From a virus (lineage: Duplodnaviria; Caudoviricetes), in IMG/VR virus record IMGVR_UViG_3300017700_000738, positions 6,466-70,465 of that record: a stretch of DNA of 64,000 nt, one strand, 5' to 3'. Below, in pieces: positions 41,003 through 50,466 of the stretch. Under the pieces are notes generated by a model, which saw only the letters and a list, made by a program, of their open reading frames with translations, did no database searches and was not told where the DNA came from. The translations under genes were made by a program, and so were the position numbers. How positions within the stretch are numbered: position 1 is the first letter of the stretch; each line of letters begins with the position of its first letter.

Positions 41003-42373
41003 TCACCAAAATGACTCCGTCCTCAAATCACGCACAAAGGTTGACAGGTCCACGCCATGACCAACCGTAGTCTTCAGAATGATATCGGTCTCCGGATCGT
41101 CGAGGCACAACGCGAAGTCGCGTTTGTCGATCAGCGGCGTGACCCGGCCATACTTCAACAGGGCTTTCGCGCGCAGCGTTTCGAGGTCGTAGCCCCGACC
41201 GGCACGGCTGATCTCGTCCAGCAGACCGTTGGCGGCTTCGATGTAACCGTTCGTGAAGCGGTGATCGAAGAAGTTGAAGATGAACTTCCGCCAGCGTTTC
41301 GTCCGCATGAAGGACAGGATCGGCTTGAAGTGCCGTTCCATCTCCGGCGGGACCAGCTCCAGCCAGGCGTCGAAAGCCTTCTCGGCCTCCGCACGGGTCT
41401 GGCATTCGTACAGGTCGTAGAACCATTCCTTGAGGGTGACAGCCTGCTCGATGGCAGGATGTTGCTTGAACAGGCGGTTCAGCTCCCATTTGCCGCTGTC
41501 GTTCAGCCGGTCTGGCCGAGCCTGCAGCAACGGAATCTTGTGCTTCATGGCAACCCGGTCCTCGTTGGTCATCTTGGACTGGAGAGCCTTCCGGACGGAC
41601 ATCACCGCCCAATCGGCGTATCGGGTGACGTGGAAGCGATCTACCACGATGGTAGCGCGCGGGAAGCACTCTTCGTTCAGCGTCTTATAGCCCCAGAACA
41701 TATCCTGGGTGACGACCTCGACGTGCTGTCGGCCAGACATGGCCTTGAAGTAAGGGATCAGGTCCGATTGCTTCCGGGACAGCAGGATGTCCAACAGGCA
41801 GCGCTGCTCAACGTCGCCAATGACAAAGCGCGCCGTGCCGCCCAGCACCTTCTCATCCATGCCGAGAACGCGTGGAAGTTCAAAGGTGTAATTGGACAGC
41901 CGCTCCTTGGCGTACTCCTTGAACACGCGCCGGACCATCGTTTCGTTGATGCCGTTGATGTTCGCCGCCGCGACGAACTTCATTTCGATGCCGTCTTTCT
42001 CGATCTGACGGCGGAAGCGGACGGTCATCACACGGTCGGCGTCGAGGCAGTCCAATTCCTGCAGCAGCACCGAGCTGCAAGCCCGGCATCGATAGCGTTG
42101 GCGCTTGATCCGGATGAACGTTTTCTGTCGCTGGAGCGGCAAGTCTCGGAAGTCGACGGTTCGTTTACCGTGTTTCACGACATCGGGCGCATCGCACCTG
42201 CAGGTCGGCGCTTCCGGATCGGTGAGATTGGCGTGGACGTAGACGACACCGTCTTCCTCCTCAATCCCTTCGGACCAAAGGCCCTCCAGCCGCAGCAAAT
42301 CCAGCTCGGTGATCACGCGCAGTTCCCCAACCCCAAACGCCGAGAACGTGCACCGACCCCGGTTAACGGTCAA
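41003..42373 (-). mobile_element. ISL3-family transposase (probable start GTG 42316)
   Basis: CRC...KRTVDFRDLP...RYRCRAC zinc finger; LGMDEK, VTQDM, VDRFHV, TNGYIEAANG, GRGYDLETLRAK. Confidence 0.9.
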
Positions 42374-42387
42374 TTGCGGGTGGCGGC

Positions 42388-43125
42388 ATGAACGTCTTGG
42401 ACCTGTTTAGCGGCATCGGCGGGTTCAGTCTCGGGCTTGAAAGAGCTGGAATGCGGACGGCGGCATTCTGCGAGATCGACCCGTTCAGACGGCGCGTCCT
42501 CGCCAAGCATTGGCCGGACGTGCCGTGCTTCGAGGACATCCAACATCTGTCTTCTCAACACCTTACACAGCGAGGAATTGCCGTTGACGTCATTGCCGGA
42601 GGATTTCCATGCCAAGACGTCAGCGTCTCAGGGAAACGAGCAGGAATTGAAGGCGCAAGGAGCGGTCTATGGCGGGAATACGCCCGTCTTATTGGCGAGC
42701 TTCGACCACGATACGTCATCGTGGAGAACGCAGCCGCCCTCAAAGCCAAAGGACACGGTTTCGGACGAGTTCTCGGAGACCTGGCCGCGCTCGGGTACGA
42801 TGCGTGGTGGGATTGCATACCAGCATCCGCCGTTGGTGCCGCTCACCCGCGCGATCGTATCTGGATTGTTGCCTACCCCTCAGAAGCACGACCAGATCAA
42901 GGGCTATCAGCACCGGGTCAACCGCTACGGTACGAAGCATGGCGGTCGGAATTTGAACGATACCGTTGCGAGCCTCGAAGGTTTGGACGGCTATCTGAAT
43001 CCGGAATTCCTCGAATTGCTGATGAACTATCCAAGGACGTGGACCGAGTTGCGGCCCTTGGAGACAGCGTCTTCGTGAAGATCCCGGAAGCGATAGGCAG
43101 GGCAATCATGGGGTCCGCGCCATGA
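42388..43125 (+). CDS. dcm: C5-cytosine DNA methyltransferase, alpha subunit
   Basis: LDLFSGIGG, AGGFPCQDVS, ENAAAL, WIVAY, RVAALGDSV; motif IX absent. Confidence 0.9.
   Translation: MNVLDLFSGIGGFSLGLERAGMRTAAFCEIDPFRRRVLAKHWPDVPCFEDIQHLSSQHLTQRGIAVDVIAGGFPCQDVSVSGKRAGIEGARSGLWREYARLIGELRPRYVIVENAAALKAKGHGFGRVLGDLAALGYDAWWDCIPASAVGAAHPRDRIWIVAYPSEARPDQGLSAPGQPLRYEAWRSEFERYRCEPRRFGRLSESGIPRIADELSKDVDRVAALGDSVFVKIPEAIGRAIMGSAP
42584..43078 (+). CDS. Nested out-of-frame C5-methyltransferase beta subunit (motif IX)
   Basis: GAGGA SD then TTG; FSETWPRSGTM, GLLPTP, YLNPEFLELLMNYPRTWTEL. Confidence 0.75.
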   Translation: MTSLPEDFHAKTSASQGNEQELKAQGAVYGGNTPVLLASFDHDTSSWRTQPPSKPKDTVSDEFSETWPRSGTMRGGIAYQHPPLVPLTRAIVSGLLPTPQKHDQIKGYQHRVNRYGTKHGGRNLNDTVASLEGLDGYLNPEFLELLMNYPRTWTELRPLETASS

Positions 43126-43501
43126 CAGGGCCTGCTTGCTTGCAATGTGGGCTAGCCGCTGCGCAGGCCCTGTCTTCCGTTTCTACAGAAATCAACCTCG
43201 GGTGTCGAAATGCAGATGGAGCCCTCGAATGCGAGTTCAACCCTCAAAGCCGGAAAGCCAAAATTTGGAATGGCTCTTGCCGACCGGATCAGCAAGGAAA
43301 TTGCTGCAAAGGCCAAGAAAATAGGCGTCACTTCTAGCCCGCTTCCTCCCGCCGTCTCATGCGCAGCGAGAGAGGCGCTGGCGGAAATGTCTGTACGCCT
43401 TCGTAATTATCGAAGTTGGAGCAGCCGTAGGCAAAACTTTGATCCGGTTCCTATTTGCGTTGAAGCAGCCGATTTAATCGACGCCCTCCCCGCAGATCGA
43501 C

Positions 43502-43723
43502 ATGATCGAGATCGATGATCTGGAGGAAGAGGTCGGCAAGCCTATGTTCCGGCCACACCGTCACATGGGAGCAAAAGGCATTCGAGAAGTGCTTAGGTGG
43601 GCACACAGCGACCGCGGCAAATACGAGGCACCGGAAGAACAGCAGGCGGCCTGCGACGCAGCGTGGTGCATCGTGGATGGCCGGCGGCGGCTGGGATGGC
43701 TTCGAATATTCGGAGAACGCTGA
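43502..43723 (+). CDS. Hypothetical protein
   Basis: 73 aa; phage-like FRPHRHMGAKGIREV segment. Confidence 0.5.
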   Translation: MIEIDDLEEEVGKPMFRPHRHMGAKGIREVLRWAHSDRGKYEAPEEQQAACDAAWCIVDGRRRLGWLRIFGER

Positions 43724-43753
43724 CCCCTCTCAATCACTGTCAGGAGACGCAAC

Positions 43754-44137
43754 GTGATCGACGTTCGCAATGCAATCATCGAGTCCGCCAGCATCACGAA
43801 CGATGACCATGGCCTGTTGTCGGCATGGCTTCACCTTGATTACGGCGGTAGCGGGCAAGGATTTGGAGGCTATGCACTTTACCTGCCGAAACCTTTCACA
43901 CATCACAAGCCCGAGGGGCCGAACTATGCCGGCCATTTTATCTGGCGGTGCATGGAGGTCGCGGGCGTTTCCAAGTGGGAGCAATTGAAGGGCCGAACGA
44001 TCCGTGTCCGCTGCGAACATTCAAAGGTCCACGCAATCGGCCACATCGTCAAAGATGACTGGTTTAGCCCGTCCGACGACTTCAAGCGCATGGAGGCTCT
44101 TGCGCTCGCCCCTCCTGACGGAAAGGTCGCGCCGTGA
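43754..44137 (+). CDS. Hypothetical phage protein
   Basis: 127 aa; AGGAG SD; DHGLLSAWLHLDYGGSGQGFGG. Confidence 0.75.
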   Translation: MIDVRNAIIESASITNDDHGLLSAWLHLDYGGSGQGFGGYALYLPKPFTHHKPEGPNYAGHFIWRCMEVAGVSKWEQLKGRTIRVRCEHSKVHAIGHIVKDDWFSPSDDFKRMEALALAPPDGKVAP

Positions 44138-44194
44138 TGGCAACGGTAGCGGATGACGTCTTGGAACTTTCATCGACTTGGTGTATTGAGCGCC

Positions 44195-44896
44195 ATGCGC
44201 CTTGACATTCACATTCACGACGAGCGATCTGCAGCGGACGCAAGGCGCGCCCATCTCGCCCTCGGCGACATCATGCAGACTTTGGAGAGAATCATGCACA
44301 CTCTGGAAGAAACCCTCGCGCTCGTCGAACGCCAGCGCACCTCGGAAGCATCCCTGATCGCGCTCATGACCAGCATCAAGCAGCGCCTCGACGCTGCGCT
44401 CGGTGGCGAGCTGACGCCATCCCAGCAGATGCGCGTGGACGCGATCTTCAACGGCGTCAACGCCAACATCGGCGATGTCGATGCTGCCGTGAAGGCCAAC
44501 ACCGAGGAAGCGCCGCCGGCTGAAGGCGATGGAACCTCGCAGGGCGGTGGCCAGCCGGCTGCCGACCTCGTCGAAACCCGCACCACGGTAACCTCCTCGC
44601 TCAATCCCATCGAGCCGGGCCAGACCATCACCCTGAGCGGTGGTGTCGAGGGCCGTCCCGGCGGCAGCGACAAGGCGCTCACCGGCTCCATCACGTTCAA
44701 GGACGGTGAAACGGTGCTGGGCACGGCCAACCTCGATTCGACCGGCGTTGCGGCGCTGTCCTCGACCGAGTTTGCCGGCGGCAACCTCGCGGCCGGAAAC
44801 CACAGCCTGACGGCGGAATACTCGGGTGATGCCGTCTACGCGGCCAGCACCTCCGATCCGCTCGATCAGACTGTTGCGGGACCGAACGCAGGCTGA
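44195..44896 (+). CDS. Coiled-coil plus bacterial Ig-like (group 3) domain protein
   Basis: TTVTSSLNP...GSITFKDGETVLGTANLD...GNHSLTAEYSGDAVYAASTS. Confidence 0.85.
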   Translation: MRLDIHIHDERSAADARRAHLALGDIMQTLERIMHTLEETLALVERQRTSEASLIALMTSIKQRLDAALGGELTPSQQMRVDAIFNGVNANIGDVDAAVKANTEEAPPAEGDGTSQGGGQPAADLVETRTTVTSSLNPIEPGQTITLSGGVEGRPGGSDKALTGSITFKDGETVLGTANLDSTGVAALSSTEFAGGNLAAGNHSLTAEYSGDAVYAASTSDPLDQTVAGPNAG

Positions 44897-44927
44897 TACA
44901 AACGCGCGATACCACGGACTGCCAAGG

Positions 44928-44959
44928 AAGACCTCGGGAAACCGGGGTCTTTTCTTTTT
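44928..44959 (+). terminator. Rho-independent terminator
   Basis: AAGACCTCGG-GAAA-CCGGGGTCTT then T-rich tail. Confidence 0.8.
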
Positions 44960-45212
44960 CCCGAACCGCATGTACGTTCCGGCCATACCCTGAGAGAGAG
45001 GGAGTGGGTACGGCCCGCAAGGCCCCCCGTGTTCGGTTATAGGGCCGGACCTTTCGAGAGATCAGTCGTTGGCTGTGGCGTTTCTAGGCCGCCATAGATT
45101 CTAGCGATGTTGGCTTGGTGCGCACCTTGTTGACGATCTCAGAGAGAAGCCATTGGCGCTCCCAAATTTCAGGATCGACGACCGCAGCCCGCCGCTGCTT
45201 TGGAGAAGTGCG

Positions 45213-45404
45213 ATGCCCGCAGATAACTACGCGCCCCGAGCTGGGGTGATGATGCAAGATGCGAGTTCCGAGACTAAGACCCCAGAGCTTCGCTGGTTTG
45301 ATGGGCGCCTTCAGCAATACGTCGCGATCACTACCTATCGGGGAGGTACGATCTCCGGTCAGCATGGCGAATGGCGTGAAATCCCGATAGTCGACGCCGA
45401 GTGA
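45213..45404 (+). CDS. Hypothetical protein
   Basis: GGAG SD, ATG 45213; GTGA overlap with terL. Confidence 0.55.
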   Translation: MPADNYAPRAGVMMQDASSETKTPELRWFDGRLQQYVAITTYRGGTISGQHGEWREIPIVDAE

Positions 45405-47131
45405 ACCAGCAAATCCCGAGAGCCGAGTTCGAGCGCTTTGCCGCGCTTGTCGCCGAGAAGAACCGGCGGCGAGCCAAGATCGAGCATTGCACACGAGGCT
45501 ACCGGGATGAGAACGGCGTCTGGCAGGGAGGCCTCCTAAGCTTCGTTCGGTTCTTCTGGCATGTTCTGGAGCCCGGGACGAAATTTCGCACTGGGTGGGC
45601 TCTGGAGGCGATGTGCGAGCATCTGGAGGCGGTCACCTTCGGTGAGATCACCAAGCTGCTGATCAACGTGCCGCCCGGCTTCATGAAATCCCTGCTGACG
45701 GACGTGTTCTGGCCGGCGTGGGAGTGGGGGCCGATGAAGATGCCCCATGTCCGATATGTGGCGTTCAGCTACTCGTCCAGCCTCACCGAGCGCGACAATC
45801 TGAAGTTCAAGGACCTGATCACCTCCAAGGATTACCAGTCGATGTACGGCGCCGCCGCGCACGACAAGGATGATCGGCAGGTCCTCCCCCGCAAGGTCGG
45901 CGAGAAGAAGGTTTCGAACTCCAAGCACGGCTGGAAGCTGGCCACCTCGGTCGGCGGTGTCGGTACCGGTGAGCGCGGTGATCGCATCATTCTCGACGAT
46001 CCGCACAACGTGAAGGAGTCCGAATCGCCCACGGTCCGCAAGGAGACGATCCGTTGGTTCCGGGAATCGATGTCGTCGCGTCTGAACGACATGCAGAACG
46101 GCGCCAAGGTCGTGATCATGCAGCGTGTCAACGAGGAGGACGTCTCCGGCACCATCATCGGGTTCGGCGATTGGTGTCACCTGCTGATCCCGATGGAATA
46201 CGTCTGGTCGGCGGACGAGAATGGCGATCCGTACGAGACTGATATCGGCTGGATCGACCCGCGCTGGCGCGAGACACCGCAGGAATGCGAAGGCGAGCTG
46301 GCATGGACCGAGCACTTCCCCGAGAGCGTCATCCCTAGCATGAAGAAGGACGCCGGCCCGTTCGCTTGGTCGTCCCAGTACCAGCAGACCCCCAAGATGC
46401 GCGGCAACGCGATATTCGAGGAGGATATGTGGCAGCCATGGGAGCCGGCGGACGGCAAATTCCCGATCTGCAGCTACATCGTGGCATCGCTGGACGGCGC
46501 CTATACGGAGGACGAGCAGAACGATCCCTCGGCCTTGGTGGTCGTGGGCGTGTTCGAGAACGAGTTCGGGCGCAACCGCGCCATCGTGATGCACGGCTGG
46601 CGCCGCCGGCTGCAGTTCTCGGGCCGCAAGTTGGTGCCGCATCCCGGCGAGGGCTCGATAGCGTTCCGACAGCGATCCCAGAAGGAATGGGGACTCGTCG
46701 AGTGGGTGGCGGACACCTGCAACCGCTTCCGCATCGACCGGCTCCTGATCGAGGCCAAGGCCACCGGCATATCGGCGGCCCAGAGCCTCGGCAATTCGCA
46801 CCCGGACGCCGGCTGGAGCATTCAGCTCTGCCCCGTGAAGGGCGACAAGGTCGCGCGCGCTATCGCGGTGCAACCGTCGTTCTCGCAGGAGATGATCTAC
46901 ATGCCGTACCCGCTGCGGCAATGGGGCGAGGATATGATCGACGAAATGTCCTACTTCCCCAAGGGCAAGCATGACGACTACACGGACGCGATGACGCAAT
47001 GCATCAAGCATCTGCGCGACATGGGGCTGCTGCGCAACGATGACGAGGTCAGGGTCTCGGAGACGGAGGCCGCCAAGCTGAAGCCGAAGCGCAAGAAGCT
47101 GTATCCCGGCACGCACGCCACCGGCGCGTAA
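45401..47131 (+). CDS. terL: Terminase large subunit
   Basis: NVPPGFMKS, ILDDPHN, QYQQTP, SLDGAY, IEAKATG, KHDDYTDAMTQ. Confidence 0.95.
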   Translation: MNQQIPRAEFERFAALVAEKNRRRAKIEHCTRGYRDENGVWQGGLLSFVRFFWHVLEPGTKFRTGWALEAMCEHLEAVTFGEITKLLINVPPGFMKSLLTDVFWPAWEWGPMKMPHVRYVAFSYSSSLTERDNLKFKDLITSKDYQSMYGAAAHDKDDRQVLPRKVGEKKVSNSKHGWKLATSVGGVGTGERGDRIILDDPHNVKESESPTVRKETIRWFRESMSSRLNDMQNGAKVVIMQRVNEEDVSGTIIGFGDWCHLLIPMEYVWSADENGDPYETDIGWIDPRWRETPQECEGELAWTEHFPESVIPSMKKDAGPFAWSSQYQQTPKMRGNAIFEEDMWQPWEPADGKFPICSYIVASLDGAYTEDEQNDPSALVVVGVFENEFGRNRAIVMHGWRRRLQFSGRKLVPHPGEGSIAFRQRSQKEWGLVEWVADTCNRFRIDRLLIEAKATGISAAQSLGNSHPDAGWSIQLCPVKGDKVARAIAVQPSFSQEMIYMPYPLRQWGEDMIDEMSYFPKGKHDDYTDAMTQCIKHLRDMGLLRNDDEVRVSETEAAKLKPKRKKLYPGTHATGA

Positions 47132-47144
47132 ACACTAGGTTGAC
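47128..47144. promoter_or_regulatory. 17-bp operator-like site, copy 6, overlapping TTGACA promoter
   Basis: GTAAACACTAGGTTGAC. Confidence 0.7.
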
Positions 47145-47241
47145 ATCTCACGAATTGCGGGCGTAGGCTGCCGGCACACGGAAAGCGACTTCCCGCCCCA
47201 CAAAGAGGAGGCTACCATGTGACCGCACTGGGGGATTCTAG

Positions 47242-47571
47242 ATGACGATCAAGGAGCCGATTCGTGTCACCGACCATGCTGTCCTCAGATTTATCGAACG
47301 CTTCATGGATTTCGACGTCGAGGTTGTTCGAGCCCATATCGCCTCAGTCTGTGCCGTTCCTGCGGCGATTGGGGCCGTTTGCGTCAGAGCGGACGGCGTC
47401 AAGTACGAGGTCCGAAACAACACTGTCATCACCGTCACGGCTGACGGGACCGAGCCCAGCCGAACCACCAAGCAACTGAACCAATCCATCATCGCAAGGA
47501 CGAAATCCAATGAAGGCTATGATTATTCTGACGACCGCGCTGCTGCTCGGCGCAAGCGTATGTCGCGCTGA
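47242..47571 (+). CDS. Hypothetical protein
   Basis: 109 aa; VTDHAVLRFIERF motif. Confidence 0.65.
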   Translation: MTIKEPIRVTDHAVLRFIERFMDFDVEVVRAHIASVCAVPAAIGAVCVRADGVKYEVRNNTVITVTADGTEPSRTTKQLNQSIIARTKSNEGYDYSDDRAAARRKRMSR

Positions 47572-47818
47572 AGATGCTCCGGCGACCCCGGCGCCGCAGG
47601 TAGAGGCAACGCCCGCCGCCGTACCGCCGGCCTCTCCGGCGAAGTTCTATCTGGAGGTCGATCAGGCCGACCTGCAGGCCATCAGCGCCGGCATCAATGA
47701 GCTGCCCAAGCGCGTCGCCGATCCCCTCGTCCTGAAGCTGAACGCCCAGTTGCAGGCACAGCAGACCATCGTGGCCGCCAAGGAGGCGGTCGAGAAGGCC
47801 AAGAAGGGCAAAAAGTAA
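47510..47818 (+). CDS. Secreted/periplasmic hypothetical protein
   Basis: Signal peptide MKAMIILTTALLLGASVCRA. Confidence 0.7.
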   Translation: MKAMIILTTALLLGASVCRAEDAPATPAPQVEATPAAVPPASPAKFYLEVDQADLQAISAGINELPKRVADPLVLKLNAQLQAQQTIVAAKEAVEKAKKGKK

Positions 47819-48240
47819 TGGCCTTCACGATGGAGATGCCGCGCTACCGCAGCCACAAGCTGGTCAGCGCGCTGGAGATCACGGCGGTGATCCTTCACGA
47901 GCATGTCGTGCATCTGAAGGGGCGGCAGGTGCCCTATCAGCTGGAGCCCGAGATGTTCTCGCGCTACAAGCCGTTCCCCGGCGACTATCTCGTCCAGTAC
48001 GAGAGCGGCTATCGCTCGTTCAGCCCCCGCAAGGAGTTCGTGGACGGCTACACGCCGGAAGGCGCACCCCCGCCCCCTGACGCGCGTGACACCGAGATCG
48101 AGCGGCTGCGCTTTATCCTGAAGATGTGCCAGCCGGGCGCCAGCGGCGTCGATCTCGGAAATGGCGAGACCATCGCGCTGTTCCTGAAGGTGGACGGTCA
48201 GTCGTTCGACGACATCAAGAAGGCGCTCAAGAATGGCTGA
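47818..48240 (+). CDS. Hypothetical phage protein
   Basis: MPRYRSHKLVSALEI...GDYLVQYESGYRSFSPRKEFVDGY. Confidence 0.8.
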   Translation: MAFTMEMPRYRSHKLVSALEITAVILHEHVVHLKGRQVPYQLEPEMFSRYKPFPGDYLVQYESGYRSFSPRKEFVDGYTPEGAPPPPDARDTEIERLRFILKMCQPGASGVDLGNGETIALFLKVDGQSFDDIKKALKNG

Positions 48241-49063
48241 TTATCGCAAGATCGCCGCGATGCACATGCCGGACATAACGCCCGGCGGCGCCGATATGGC
48301 GGAGCCGAGGTTCGAGCGTGCCAACCCGGCCGATCTGATGGTGGACGAGACCTATCAGCGCAATCTGTCGGAGCGGTCCGTCAAGCTGATCCGCAAGATC
48401 GTTGCCCAGTGGGACTGGCGTACCTTCATGCCTCCTGTCGTGGTCCGAGTGGGCGCCAGAATGCATGTGATCGACGGCCAGCACACCGCCATTGCGGCAG
48501 CCACCCATCCGTTGATCAAGACAATCCCGGTGATGGTGGTCGATGCCGCAGCGGTCTCGGACCGGGCCAAGACGTTCCTCGGGCGCAACCGGGATCGTAT
48601 TTCAGTCACGACGAATCAGCTGCATGTCGCCGCTGTGGCGGCCGGTGACGATGAAGCGATGACGATCCATCAGGTCTGCGAGCGCGCAGGCGTGACCATC
48701 CTGAAGCAGCCACCGAGCGCGTCCGGCTTCCGGGAGGGTGAGACGATGGCGGTCTCGACCATCTCGGGGCTCGTCAATCGGCGCGGTGCACTGCGCGCCC
48801 GTCAGGTGCTGGAGGTCATCACCAAGGCTAAGATCGCGCCGGTGCCGGCCGGCCTGATCAAGGCCGTCGAGGCGCTGATGACCAACAGCGAGTTCGCCGC
48901 GCATGTCGATCCTGCGGACATCACCACGGCCATCCGTGGCGATCTGGCGGACATCGAGAGCGAGGCCAAGATATTCGCCGCCACCCACAGCGTCCCAGTG
49001 TGGAAGGCCACCGCGTCCGTGATGTTCAAGAGGTGCAAACGTGGACGTCGACGCGCGGCTTGA
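48233..49063 (+). CDS. DUF6551/ParB-like protein
   Basis: LMVDETYQR...FMPPVV...VIDGQHTAIAA. Confidence 0.75.
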   Translation: MADYRKIAAMHMPDITPGGADMAEPRFERANPADLMVDETYQRNLSERSVKLIRKIVAQWDWRTFMPPVVVRVGARMHVIDGQHTAIAAATHPLIKTIPVMVVDAAAVSDRAKTFLGRNRDRISVTTNQLHVAAVAAGDDEAMTIHQVCERAGVTILKQPPSASGFREGETMAVSTISGLVNRRGALRARQVLEVITKAKIAPVPAGLIKAVEALMTNSEFAAHVDPADITTAIRGDLADIESEAKIFAATHSVPVWKATASVMFKRCKRGRRRAA

Positions 49064-49400
49064 GGCGGTGGAGAACGAGAACGAGATTCTCCGTTCTCGC
49101 ATCAGGGAGCTGGAGGCACAGCTGAACAAGGTCGACGTCGTCCCGATGTCGTTTGGCCTTACAGCTCACGAGGCGAAGGTGTTTATCACGCTGTTCAACA
49201 GCGGGATTTGCTCCAAAGAGTTCCTGCTGAATAGCGTCTATGAGGGCGCGTACGATCAACCTCAACTCAAGATCATCGACGTCTTCATCTGCAAGATGCG
49301 TAAGAAGATGAAGGCCTTCGGCGTCGAGATTCAAACCGTGTGGGGGCGCGGGTACCGGATGACCCCCGAAATGAAAGAAGCCGCGACCAAGTTCGCATAA
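49041..49400 (+). CDS. CtrA-like winged-helix DNA-binding protein lacking a receiver domain
   Basis: KIIDVFICKMRKK...IQTVWGRGY. Confidence 0.85.
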   Translation: MDVDARLEAVENENEILRSRIRELEAQLNKVDVVPMSFGLTAHEAKVFITLFNSGICSKEFLLNSVYEGAYDQPQLKIIDVFICKMRKKMKAFGVEIQTVWGRGYRMTPEMKEAATKFA

Positions 49401-49409
49401 GGAGCATTT

Positions 49410-49670
49410 ATGGCTAGACCCACCATCATCCGCCCCGGAGCCGCCGAGGGCCTTAATCCTACCCAGCGCGAGTGCGTGAAGCTGCTGGAGGACGCGCTGG
49501 AAAGCGCCAAGAAGGGCGAGGTGTGGTCGTGCATTCTGGTCGCCTGCGGCCCGAATGACTTCGGTACCGCGATGGCGGGCTCGGATGCGCCCCGGCTGAA
49601 CCTCGGGCTCGACGTCGCCAAGGCCTCGATCCTGAACCGCGTCACCGGCAAGACGGCGTTGCACCGGTGA
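49410..49670 (+). CDS. Hypothetical protein
   Basis: 86 aa; AAGGAG SD. Confidence 0.7.
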   Translation: MARPTIIRPGAAEGLNPTQRECVKLLEDALESAKKGEVWSCILVACGPNDFGTAMAGSDAPRLNLGLDVAKASILNRVTGKTALHR

Positions 49671-49903
49671 GTGACAGCGCCGTCAAAGGTCTCGATCTCG
49701 GCCGGCGCTGCCATTGCTGCGGAGACATCGGCTTGATGCCGATGGTTACGGACGAGATGTGGGCGCGTGTGATGGGGCCAGCCGAGTATTCCTGCATCGA
49801 GTGTTTCGAGGCCCGACTTGGGTGCAGGCTGACCATGGCGGACCTACTGCCTTGCGCTTGGACCGACACCATCATCGATATGGTCGAAAGGTCTAAGGTA
49901 TGA
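49667..49903 (+). CDS. Cys-containing hypothetical protein
   Basis: CHCC...MVTDEMW...CIECFEARLG. Confidence 0.7.
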   Translation: MSDSAVKGLDLGRRCHCCGDIGLMPMVTDEMWARVMGPAEYSCIECFEARLGCRLTMADLLPCAWTDTIIDMVERSKV

Positions 49904-50115
49904 ACGTCCGCACGCGTCTCACCGACAAGCGCACGCGAGCCATCCTCTCGCGTGAGGCGATTATCGAGCAATGCGCCCGGTCGGTGCCGACACACTGGCG
50001 GGATTCTCTGCTCTCGGACCCGGATGCGCCAAAGGTGCCGATGGACAATCGCGGTGTCGAGAAACTGTTGCTCGGAATACGGAACCGGATCAGGGCGCTG
50101 AAGGCGTCGCCATAA
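49900..50115 (+). CDS. Hypothetical protein
   Basis: 71 aa; ATGA overlap. Confidence 0.55.
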   Translation: MNVRTRLTDKRTRAILSREAIIEQCARSVPTHWRDSLLSDPDAPKVPMDNRGVEKLLLGIRNRIRALKASP

Positions 50116-50132
50116 CCAAGGAAATCTTCGTC

Positions 50133-50336
50133 ATGTGGTCATTCGCAGCTCAGAACCCCGGCACGTTCTTCTTCGTCGCCCTCGTCGCCGGATGGACGGT
50201 GACGCGCCCATTCCATTACGCGTTCATGGCGTATAACCGCACCCTGCGTTCCCGCAATATCGTCGCCCACGGATGGCCTACGGCCCCCGTCGACGCCGAT
50301 GGTGATGTTGTGTATCCAGAGAGCGACGACGAGTGA
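50133..50336 (+). CDS. Small membrane protein
   Basis: AAGGA SD; MWSFAAQNPGTFFFVALVAGW. Confidence 0.6.
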   Translation: MWSFAAQNPGTFFFVALVAGWTVTRPFHYAFMAYNRTLRSRNIVAHGWPTAPVDADGDVVYPESDDE

Positions 50337-50466
50337 AATGCGGAATTTCGGTATCGCGCGGGCGCGGCCTCCCCAGCCGCCGCGCTCTGATCGCTGGCTC
50401 TACTGGGTTATTGCCGCCGCTGTTTTTGTGATATGGCTGCTGTCGTTCCACCCATAGGGGGCGACT

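Noticed and set aside
43122-43518. Overlapping ORFs 43122-43337 and 43210-43518
   Set aside because: Could not decide which, if either, is real; no motif or clear SD
45147-45161. Near-copy of the leader hairpin (AAGCCATTGGCGCTC)
   Set aside because: Two mismatches disrupt the stem and promoter spacing differs; probably chance or decayed
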